A DNA stretch of 64,000 nt. Source: Dicyema japonicum. Lineage: Eukaryota > Animalia > Dicyemida. Each line of letters begins with the position of its first letter. The first letter of the stretch is position 1. The DNA lies in contig RDEW01000021.1 of NCBI GenBank assembly GCA_011109175.1, positions 135,080-199,079 of the forward strand. The letters are read 5' to 3'. Shown piece after piece: positions 40,801 through 51,783 of the stretch. The notes under the pieces are model-generated. The model did no database searches. It worked only from the letters and a program-made list of their open reading frames with translations, and had not been told where the DNA came from. Made by a program: the position numbers and the translations under genes.

Positions 40801-41499
40801 AAAAAGAATCAGAGCTTGTATTGACTAGAATATATCTGAGGTGAAAGAAAACGATTACTTGTTAGTATCTACAAGGTAGGAATTTATGGGAGTCGATCCC
40901 TTCACCCTAGTTACAAGGGGTGACAAACGTGTGCACATTGCTCATCAATAATTTAAAAAATAATAATTTAGAAAAATATAGTTTATTTATTATTTTTTAT
41001 TCCAAAATCAGCCAGTGATTCAAAAAGACAAATATAAACAATTCCGTGAAAGGGTGGGATCACTAGAGGAGGCCAAATAAACATGCGGATGTGCTGGGGA
41101 CCTAGAATGACTAAAAAGGAACCCTTACAGGACGTTTAATTGCCAGACATTCGAATGTTCTTTATTCGGCATGTTCGAATCCGTGTGTATTTCTAAAAGC
41201 AAGATCAGATCCTTTGATAATTCTCTGCGTGACTTGTACACTCAGAAATTCTATTCTTAAACTTGGAAATCAATTTCATCAATAATCGATGTAATCGAGT
41301 TAATACAATCCCTGACATTTTTTATCAACTTTTATAAGAGTATTTAATTGTATCAATAATCAGTTATAAAATTTTTCCAGTTTACCAAATCGAACTGAGA
41401 TTAGACTTTTTGACTTAATCTCAACTAATGCTGATTTTTTCCGGCATTTTGGGAGGAAGTGGTTTGTGACATTTCACATAAAACTCACGTCATCACTTA

Positions 41500-42060
41500 A
41501 AATGTCGTTAGGTGATAAGCCAAGTGGAAATTAGTTTAATAGGATTAATGTATAAATCCCTTATTTCATGTTATCTCGGTTTGGATATTTGTGAGGCTCA
41601 CTGATCCGATATTGAAAAATGATTGGTCGGAAAAAAATCCGCCTCTGCAAAAAGAGTCCTGGAATATTTCCAAGGCGCGAGTCTAAATCATAAATATTAA
41701 ACGTGGTATTGAAGTTGCTGGTTTACCTTCCATTCGACTTTATCGAGAATATGGGGGATACCAGACGGAATGACAATTTTTCATGTACAAGGAAGCTCTT
41801 TCCTATGGGATGTTACTTGTGTTGATACCTTTTCCCTGACAAATATGATACCCAGTACAAACTCGGACTGTTATGCCACTGACTCTGCAGAACGGGGAAA
41901 GCTGGTGAACTACTCTAAGCTTGGGAACCTTTTCCGCTTTTTCCCATTTTCGTTTGAGACTTAGCCGAAACAGACCTGTCGCACGAGGTGTCCCCGAGAG
42001 ATTGAAAGGGCAATCTCGTCATGGCTGGGAGATCTTAAGAGTATCGTCCCTTAAGAACTT
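41500..42060 (+). mobile_element. CRE-clade non-LTR C-terminal (REL endonuclease) remnant
   Basis: IKRGIEVAGLPS..PDGMT..LWDVTCVDTF..AE..K..Y pattern. Confidence 0.65.
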
Positions 42061-42583
42061 GGTTGCTTAAAACATTGAGATTAGGGAGATACTCTCACTC
42101 CGTTGAGTACCTGCAAAATGTACTTTCCCAATTAATCAATTTTCCAAAATGACTTAAAAATCATTAAGATGGATTATTATTACAACATACATATAATCAT
42201 ATTAACTACCATCCTATATAAGCTGCTTCTGAAGGGTGATCTCAAGTTCTTTTAATTTGGTGATCCTCAAGAACCGGATCCTTCCTGCATCCGACACTTC
42301 ATTTGTACATAACTTCCGGTTTCCAATGTCCACCTGAGTCTTCCACCTCATCTATGCTCAAAGAAGAAAGACGATAAGGACTTGGATTCATCATGAAACT
42401 AAGTAGACATTTCGTGGAATAAAGGTACGTCACCACCACAACACCGACCACTGGGCTTACTGGTAAAGAATAATAAAATCAATATCTCCCTAGCAACTCC
42501 CTAAGAGAATCAACCTTAACAGTGAGATATTCCAATAAAACAAGCGAAAAATATAATTATAGTGAGTATTAGTTAAAGTTAAG

Positions 42584-43069
42584 TTATTTCTTTATATTCC
42601 TCAAGACAAAAAAAGTTAACACTAGTGGCAAACGATACCCAGAGGAAGTAAGGGACCATTAGATAGGAAGCAAGCTTGTTTATTGGGTAGAAGAGGACAG
42701 CGCAACTCCCAATCGAAATCAACATGGCAACAATATCGACCAGTGCCAATCTTGGGCGTATATATCCGAAGAAAATTGGAGTCCACACAGCATTGAGACC
42801 TAATTGGATTCCGTAAGTCACGAGGGCATTCGTTGCAGAAGAATCACCACTACTCCACACAAGATATGAGGCCTACCCCATTGCTGAAAAATTATTAATA
42901 GCTCACTTGAGTATAAATAAACCCATACTGGAGGGAATATCCATTTTGGAGGAGACCAACTTGGGACAACATCTTTATAATATCTGTTATACGAAACCCT
43001 GGTTATCCTTGAAAATGGATATGAAACCGCAAATGAAATACCAATTCCCATTAAAGCAGATAAATTCAT
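42584..43069 (-). pseudogene. TSPO: TSPO copy 1 (premature TAG at 42873-42875; insertion at the start codon)
   Basis: PSWSPPKWIFPPVW..LY, QLGLNAVWTPIFFG, ALVDI, ASYLMVPYFLWVSFAT; 23-nt intron; TAC>TAG relative to copy 2. Confidence 0.88.
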
Positions 43070-43109
43070 TTAATTTTAATATTATTGAACCAAAAAACCA
43101 CCGTCATAA

Positions 43110-43404
43110 TAATAATAACAGCCTTTTCACGAGAGCCATAATATTTATAGCTCGCATAGACAGGACACACGCTTTATTTAAGTAAAGAACGATTAATTTT
43201 AACTAATCTTTTTTCTTTTTCTTGTGTGTGGGTCCTTTCTAGATAATCCAGTTCCGCAGTGAGTATCCACTAATTACTGCGTCACTCGTCAAACCCTTTC
43301 TGCATCGTAGATGCGTGGAACTTCCACCAGGTGAACAGCAGCGAGAATCGAACCCGTAACCTAAGCCACTTTAGCCCAACACCTAACCACTATGCCACAC
43401 GGCT
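43110..43404 (-). mobile_element. tRNA-derived SINE with 13-bp TSD
   Basis: Head with A-box TGGCATAGTGG and B-box GGTTCGATTCT; TSD ACCACCGTCATAA at 43097-43109 and 43405-43417; (TTA)n end. Confidence 0.8.
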
Positions 43405-43539
43405 ACCACCGTCATAACCAAAATAAACAAATTCAGGTGATCCCAGCCTCTCATTTGGATCAATAAATATTGACAAAAGTAATATTTAAAATTATTTAAA
43501 CTCAATTTAATTAATCAACCAGAAATTTAATATCTAACA

Positions 43540-45740
43540 ATAAAAAAATTGTGCAACGTGCTTTGTGGTTTGTTGAATGTCACGTAACTCATCAAACTGG
43601 AGACATTTTAAAGAAAAGAGCTACACTGACCTATCCTACACGAATGGACTGGGACTGGACTCTCTGTGTGGGGACGTCGAATTTCCGGCCCCCCAAGGAT
43701 CATGAAAATAAATATAAACGGGATCAAATGTAAGATTATCGAACTTGGAAACCTTATGGAAAAATATAGAATTGACGTCCTTCTATTACAAGAGTTCAAA
43801 CTCAGAAGTGCGAACAAAACTCCAAAATTTCCTGGATACTGAGTTATCCGCAGAGATAGATTTGGAAAACACTGGGGAGGCTTACTAACTATCATACGAA
43901 ACGGGATCCCTAATGAAGATGTCACCAAATACGTTTACAACCGTCTCCAAAACCATGAAAGTATCGAAATTCTGGCCACAAAAATCCAACTCCCAAGGTT
44001 ACCTCTTACTCTGATCAATTCATATCTACCTCCTTCATCAGTTACTTGCCCAAAACTTTTGTCAATCAGCTCACAAAGGAACGTTCTTCTTTGCGGTGAC
44101 CTAAATACAAAATGCCCGCTCTGGCTGAGAGGTCAGACGTCAAACAGGCGGGGAGACATGCTAATCGAAGACTTGGGAAGTTTTTGCATCCTAAACGACC
44201 CTAACTTTCACACAAGAACCCCTTCATTCAAAACGAGGTCACGGATAAAAGGACAATGTCTAGCGATAACTAATTACAGCCTTGCGAATTGGAGAGGATT
44301 CAAGGATTACGTCGATAATTGCATTGGACTATTAAATTTCCCCACTCCTCCCTCCGTCGAACAATTAGTGAAATGGTTCAACTCCACCATAAACGCTGTG
44401 AAAAGGAAGTACATTCCTATGGGGAGGAACCTACGTCATCAAAACGTTTCAACACAACGACATCTGATCAGAGAACGAATAATCTAAAGATGGTAAAATC
44501 GCCAACAGAAGAGAACATGAGAAAAATACGAGAATTGAACAGAGAGATCGACAACAACATAAAGGCAGAAAATGCAAATAGATGGACGAGCCATATCCAA
44601 AGTCAACAACTCAGAGGCCGAAGGACCAGACAACATAACCACATGTGAACTGAAGCACCTAGGCCATCGAGCCCTGGAACTATTAGCTACATGTTCAACC
44701 TACCATTAACACGAATATAATCCATGAAATATGGAAGATGTCTCTAATCAGACCTATCAGAAAACTCAACAAACCAATAGATGAACCATCTCCCTACCGC
44801 CCAATATCTATTCTGAGTCCGGTCTCAAGGATCCTTGAAAGGCTTGTTCTGGAAAAAGTACAAGACTCAATCTCAATATTTTCGACCCAGCACGGATTCC
44901 GAAGTAACATTCGACCACAACACATCTCACAACCCTCACACAATTAATTGCGGAAGGAATAAACTCCACCAAACTCCGTCAGAGGACAGTACTTATATCC
45001 GTGGACATCACAAAAGCGTTCGATTCAGTCCCTAGGAAACTTTTTACAAAGAAGATATTTGAAACCAACATCCACACGACCCTGAAACTTTGGGTTGGAA
45101 ACTTTTTAAATGGAAAACGAGCACAAGCACTCTGCAACAACATCAAACCAAGATCTCGCTATTTCCCAAATAACGAGGCTATTTCTATTAACGAAACAGC
45201 TAAGATTCTGGGAGTTACCTTTGATCAGGGACTCACCTTTATCCGACATGTTGAGAACATCATAATTTGCTCTGAAGAAAATGAGAATTTAAAAAGTGTT
45301 CTCAAAAACACTTAGAGACCAAACTGGGACCCTTGCCACGATTTATGAACAATTCATCCGACCAACGATGACATATGCTAGTCCTTCATGGGCAATGAAG
45401 ATTTCACGATCCTCCTCATTGAAACTATCCGCAATCGAGGAAACTGCAATAAGGTTAATTGGACCAGAACACAAAATCCAACCCATTGAAAATTTCTTAA
45501 TCGAATTACAACGGAAACTCTTAAAGGAGGCTATTCTACCGAGCTGCCCTCTATTCCATACACTATCGAAATATCTACAATCATGCAGAAATTTTGAGCC
45601 GATGCTATGTCCAATGAGAAGAGATGTTCAGCATCTCGAGCCCGCTGGACTCGTCCTCTCCTTTTCGGTCTGGGATAACTTAGTTAGATGACAACTTTTA
45701 TTCTTTCTCTTTGACCCAGTGATCCTGGGAATAATAATTT
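43540..45740 (+). mobile_element. Decayed APE-RT LINE with eroded 2A motif, between the TSPO copies
   Basis: LCGDVE..GP, then KININGI..IDVLLLQE, CGDLN, YRPISILS, QHGFR, DITKAFDSV, KILGVTFD; family 3' hairpin at 45665-45740. Confidence 0.85.
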
Positions 45741-45811
45741 ACCTTAGCAGAAGGATATTTTATTAAAACAAGCGAAATATATTAGTTATAGTGAGTATTA
45801 GTTGAAGTTGG

Positions 45812-46295
45812 TTATTTCTTCATATTCCTCCAGACAAAAAGTTAACACTAGTGGCAAACGATACTCAGAGGAAGTAAGGGACCATTAGATAGGAAGCAAG
45901 CTTGTTTATTGGGTAGAAGAGGACAGCGCAACTCCCAATCGAAATCAACATGGCAACAATATCGACCAGTGCCAATCCTGGGCGTATATATCCGAAGAAA
46001 ATTGGAGTCCACACAGCATTGAGACCTAATTGGATTCCATAAGCCACGAGGGCATTCGTTGCAGAAGAATCACCACTACTCCACACAAGATATGAGGCGT
46101 ACCCCATTGCTGAAATAATATTAATAGCTCACTTGAGTATAAATAAGTCCATACTGGAGGGAATATCCATTTTGGAGGAGACCAACTTGGGACAACATCT
46201 TTATAGTATCTGTCATACGAAACCCTGGTTATCCTTGAAAATGGATATGAAACTGCAAATGGAAGACCAATTCCCACTAAAGCAGATAAATTCAT
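45812..46295 (-). pseudogene. TSPO: TSPO copy 2 (premature TGA at 45865-45867)
   Basis: Highly similar to copy 1; TGG>TGA in PYFLW; same 23-nt intron. Confidence 0.88.
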
Positions 46296-46859
46296 TTGGA
46301 TCAATAAATATTGACAAAAGTAATATTTAAATTTTTTAAACTAAGAAATTTTTAAACTCAGGTTTATTTAACCAACCAGAAAGTTATTATCTAACAATCA
46401 ATTACCTTCATCGCTGTCTGTTCGCCAGCCTCTGAGGCAGGTTTGAATCTGGTTGGTAAAACAACTCTGAGAGCGCCTCATGTATTTATTAATCGACCAC
46501 AAAAAATATTGCGTTCTTATATACGTGTGACGTATTTTAGCCATATTGTCGACGACTTAATTTTGACGTAAGTGTGGTAGTCGATGCTCTAAGGCAGGGT
46601 GTCAAAGATACGGCCGCGGCATGATCTCATATGGTCCGCGACATAAGTTTAAAATGTATTAAAATAAAATCGCATGCATCTAGAATTATTATTTAACACA
46701 AATAAGAACACAAGAATCAAGAATGTAACCTCGGTTTGGGGCACTTTGTGCCCCGAAAACAGGAGTTGTTGTTTTTTCAATTTTAAAATCTTTTATTTTA
46801 TGCTATCAATGTAAAAAAGGTAAGAGATTTTATTTTATGATTAATAATATCTATCAAGT

Positions 46860-49575
46860 CGCTCTTTAACGGAGTAATCGGTTATTTTTCCTCCAACTTC
46901 ATTTCGGATGTTTCTCATTACTGTCATTCAGTATTCGTAGAATTTTTTAATGACTTTGGTTTTATGCAGAAATGTTCTGTTCCAAAGTATTCAAAGTTTC
47001 CAGAATTTGTTTCTCTTCACGTCCTCGTTTTCAGCTATATCTCCATTATAGATAAACTTGTAGCATTCAATAGTTTCTTCATCATCAGCCTCTTAATATT
47101 TCATTTACAGCTTCGGTCATTATTTCATCAGTTAGGCCAGCGGTTCTCAACCTGGGGGTCGATTCGACCCCCAGGGGTCTAAAATCAATCCAGATCGATC
47201 GTAAGTGGGTCGAAAATAAATTTAACATATTTAATTTTTTATTTTAAATTTAGTTTATATTTAAAGTGGTAAACCTTTGTTCTTTAAAATTTTTAAAATT
47301 TCCATGATTGTTTTTGTTCGTGTATGAGTCGTCCTTCTACAATAAAAATTCGTCAATATAAAATTGAATATTTAAATTTATAAAAAATTCTTTTGATGAT
47401 GACCATATTGCTTACTGCGTAATAAGTCATGATGCAATGAAACCGTCCAAATTGTTGGATCATCTTAGGAGAATACATTCGGATAAAAAAGATAAACCAT
47501 TCGAGTATTTTGAAGAATTAAAGGATTCTTTTCGTAAACAAAAACGATTGACACTGTTTTTGCAAATAGTAATGAAAGAAACAATGATTGTTGTTATTTT
47601 AAATTATATTTAGGAGGACTAATTGCATCCTACAAAATTGCACTGATTATTTCCAAAAATAAGAGTTCCATGTTTCTGGTGAAAATCTCATCAAACCATC
47701 TATATCAGTGATTCTATCAGATCTGATGGGTTTAAATCCCGACGAAATTTTAAAATCCGTACCAATTAGCAATGATTCAATTCGCCACAGGATTGACGAA
47801 ATGTCAGATAATGTTGAACATATTTTATGTGAAAGGCTTAAAAATACTATTTTTTCGCTTCAAATTGACGAAAGTCATATATGTGACAACCAATCAATTC
47901 TAATGGGATTTGTCAGCTTATGTCCAAATGTGATTCATATACAATGCGTTCTACATAGACAACATTTGGTTTCAAAAGCTCTTTCGCAATTCTACATGAA
48001 ACGATAAATATAGTTATTAAAACCATAAACAAAATTAAAGCAAGTATGATCGTCTTTTTAGAAAATTTTGCTATGAGGCTAAAGAAACATATGCCCGTCT
48101 TGTGCTTCACACTGAGGTTATGAAGATATTAACAACTTTTTGCAACATTTATTAAGCATAGAAAAAGATTTGATTCTTCGATTCCAAAATATTCTTGAAT
48201 TAGAAATTCCATCTTGGATGATTAATCCGTTTTTGTCAAAGCCAGAAGAACAAAAAGAAAATATTCAAGAGGAATTAATTATGTTAAATTCAATCCAGAA
48301 TTAAAACTATATTATAATGATTCACAATCACCTGTTATTTTTTGGCAAAATATGAAAGTGAAAGAGAGTTGTCCAAAATTGTGGACAGAAATAGTACAAT
48401 TGCTACTCTATTTTCCGTTGAATGCGGATTTAGCATTCTACATCGAATTGTAAATAAAGAACGAAACAAATTGGATGTGTCCATTGGAGGAGATATTCGT
48501 TTAAAAATAACACAGAGAGCCAGATATCGAATCTTTGGTCAAAAAACATCAGTCACAGGAATCCCAATGCTATTTAATTCTTTTTTTATTATAGATTTAT
48601 GCCAAGATACCAACTTAACATCGAGTATATACTTTTTTTGATTGATTTATTATTAACAATGAATTCATTTTATATAGTTAACTAATTTTACTTAGAATTG
48701 TCTGTTCTAAATAAAAAAGTTTTAAGGGGTCGAAAAAAAGTCAAGGGGTCGACGAGTAAAAAAAGGTTGAGAACCCCTGAGTTAGGCGATCATCAATATT
48801 TAAGACATCACGATTTTTTCAATTTGTTTCCAACAATCTGTGATTGAAATTTCTGTTACTTCATTCTAACTTTTTGAAACCAGCATTAAAACCTGACGAA
48901 GGTTAGTTTTGAAAGACGTTTTTTAAGATCACCTGAAGACATAAAAATTCGATTAAAAAATTTGAGTAATAGTTTTTGAATATTTTTATGATCCCCATAT
49001 TTAATGGCTGTGTATAGGGTGTCGTATTTTTAGGCAAAAAAGTATTCGAGATTGGAGCATTCAATAGTTTTATGACATCCTGCATTATCAATTAATAATA
49101 ATATTTTTTGTTGAATAACCAATTTAAAAATGTTCCCAGTCATCCATGCAGTTTTGGAAGCTGAATATATAACAACCAAATCTTTAACATCGAAATTTTT
49201 TATATTCACCAAATCGTGTTTTTTTATATGCTCTTAGACGGAATCAGTATATAATAAAGTCCTATCTCTCCATATTTTAAATTTCGTCTTCTTTATAATG
49301 CTTGGAAACTTCCTCAGTGATCTACAAATCCTTTAAGTCAGGTTGTTTGTCTAATACCTTAAAAGTTCGAGTGTTAAATCAATTAAGCCTTGACAAGAAG
49401 CTTTCGAACACGTGGTAAAATTTTTAGTCTAAAATTTTGATTTTTAAAAAAATTGAAAAAGATTTGTAAAAATAAATTTTATGTTTTTTAATAATGTGTG
49501 GCTAATTTGAGAATTGGGCAATTTCTTAGGAATGAACTTTTAGCCATAAATTGGCCAATTTGAGGGACTTCACTG
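46860..49575 (-). mobile_element. Tigger/pogo-like element interrupted by a hAT
   Basis: TA-CAGTGAAGTCCCTC terminus at 49562-49577; AWMTGNIF, LLIDNAGCH, TQPLNMGIIKIFK and C-terminal KITDY motifs. Confidence 0.75.
47138..48779 (+). mobile_element. Complete internally deleted SPIN/Buster-like hAT element
   Basis: TIRs CAG(C/G)GGTTCTCAACCT; perfect 8-bp TSD AGTTAGGC (47130-47137, 48780-48787); transposase remnants (MKPSKL, FSLQIDES, CVLHRQHL). Confidence 0.92.
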
Positions 49576-50498
49576 TATATTATATAATTGTTTTTCTGGT
49601 CTTGGCAAATGCCTTTTGCAAAAAAACGTAAAATTGATTCGAGATCGTTCCAAAAAAGTGACAGCTTCAATATTACTTTGCCGATTTAAATCGAAAACCC
49701 ATTTGGTGTGTGTACACAAGAAATTTCAGTTGTCAAAGAATATAACATTTGACGACATTACCAAACCCACCATGCTCGTCAATACAATAATTTGATGGGG
49801 AAAATTAGAAAAGAGAAGTACGATGGATTGCTTGCATGTTTGCGGAATCAGCAATCTGCTTTTTCCAAATTTCGAAATGATTGTGAGGTAGCTGTCAAAG
49901 CTAGCTACGTTATTTCTCGTTTTTGCTTTTTTTATAAAGGTATGCAAAATAAACACGACGATCAAACAAGTAGTAAAAATTAATGAATTGGAAGAATCAG
50001 TTCTAGATATGCTCCAAGTTCGGATATGGAAATAGAATTATGATTATTTTTTCAATAAATAATGATTTTTAAGACTTTCTTGCATTAATTAAATTATATT
50101 TATATTGGTGTTAATTTTTTGACATAACCACGGTTTTTGGAACACAGGTGCCAACATCTGTCATGTTTACTGAAAATTAATCAATACTTAAGTTTCGGAA
50201 TAATTTGTGCATTTTTATATAAATCATTATTTTTACTAATGGAGAATAATCTTAGGTAATAATAATCACCGTCCGTACGTGGAACTCTATCGATTTTTTG
50301 TATTTTATAACATTTTTCCTCACTATTTATTTTATTTAGCCAAATAAAAAATCTATTAAAATTTAAAAAACTAAGCTAAAATTAACTTTAAATATAAAAA
50401 AATATTCTATAAAAAATTATTTATTAAAATTATTCTCCTTATCCATTACTAACCATAAGCTCCCTACCGTTATCATTCATACTCAAAAATAAAACTTG

Positions 50499-50870
50499 AA
50501 CCCTAACCCTAAACCACAACCTTAAACCCTAGCCGTAATCCTAAACTCCTAATCGATAGCTCCTAATCCCTAGCCTTTAAACCCTAACCCCTTAAACCCT
50601 AACTCTAAATCCTAACCCTAAACCATAACCTTAAACCCTAGCCGTAATCCTTAACCCCTAATCGATAGCTCCTAATCCCTAGCCTTTAAACCCTAACCCC
50701 TTAAACCCTAACTATAAATCCTAACCTAAACCATAACCTTAAACCCTAGCCGTAATCCTAAACCCCTAATCGATAGCTCCTATCCCTAGCCTTTAACCTA
50801 ACCCTAACCCAATCCCTAAATATAAACCTTAAGCCTATCTTTAATCCGTAACCTTTATCCCTTTACCTAA
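50499..50870. repeat. Telomere-like (TAACCC/TAAACCC) array with a 108-109 bp higher-order unit x3
   Basis: ATCGATAGCTCC recurs at 50552, 50661 and 50769 among degenerate CCCTAA monomers. Confidence 0.9.
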
Positions 50871-51783
50871 AATATCATACAAACCTATCCCTTAACAATG
50901 TCTAATTATAATCTCAACCATAACTTTGACGGATTCAAATCCATTTTATAAAAATACCTAAGTGTGATCTCAGCCCTAAGCAATTTTTAATATCAAACAT
51001 AATCAATACATAATCTCATTCCAATTAACAACTAAATCTAATCTTCACATTAAGCCAAAAAGATTAAAAAATATTTATAGAATGGAAAGTCAATTATCAC
51101 CATCTATGTGGACCATACTTCCTTGTATGTCCACTACTAAATAAACTGTAGTGTCCAAGTGCTCTTATAAAGCACCTTTTTTCGTTGACTGATTGTAATC
51201 ACAATACATTCGAAGAATGACTCTATCTCCTATGTTCAATGATTCTTCATTTTTCCATCTTCTTTTCTTTCGCTTTTATTCTGCAGCTACCAAACAAAGT
51301 ATGCCTTCGAGCAGAATCCCTTGACAAAGATTAGTCTTCATCTTCTTCATACTGTAGTAATCTATTTAAACTTTCATCCGATATATGTGGCGGATAATCC
51401 ACTCCATTAAAATCTTGAATGGAGTATGTTTGGTGGTCTTGTGATTGGTAATATTGCAACTGAATACAATATCTCCAAGACTGCACTGATATTTTCCAGA
51501 ATTCCTTCAGATGAAACGGATGATAACAATTTTTTAAGAGATTGACTTAACCTCTCAACCTGGCATTGAACCCACGGAGTTCTTGGTCTTCCAAAATTGT
51601 ACTCTTTCTTGAAAGCGACGCATCGAGATATCCATTTTCTAGATATTCGATTATCTGACGCAACTCATCCATATTCGACTTGAAGCTTAAAACCATGTGG
51701 AGAAATAAATAATTTTTTTTATTTTAAATATTAATAAAGTTTTTTGTTAATTAAGAATAATTAAATATCATTAAAATGACACT

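Larger units (their letters stand above)
46595..49990 (+). mobile_element. hAT (GTF2IRD2/Charlie-like) element, outer member of a nest
   Basis: Left TIR CAGGGTGTCAAAGATACGGCC preceded by CTCTAAGG. Transposase N-terminus (EISVVKEYNI.RHY, AVKASYVIS) resumes at 49600-49990. Right end not found. Confidence 0.6.

Noticed and set aside
41090-41330. Penelope GIY-YIG remnant
   Set aside because: Only a vague resemblance across several frameshifts, and no hammerhead or RT nearby.
42873-45867. Stop-codon reassignment (TAG=Tyr, TGA=Trp) suggested by the TSPO stops
   Set aside because: Each paralog has the sense codon where the other has the stop, and conserved Trp and Tyr residues in beta-TrCP, CPEB and the RTE ORF use standard codons.
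50499-50870. True chromosome end or telomere
   Set aside because: Internal, degenerate, only about 370 bp, and enclosed by transposon TIRs.
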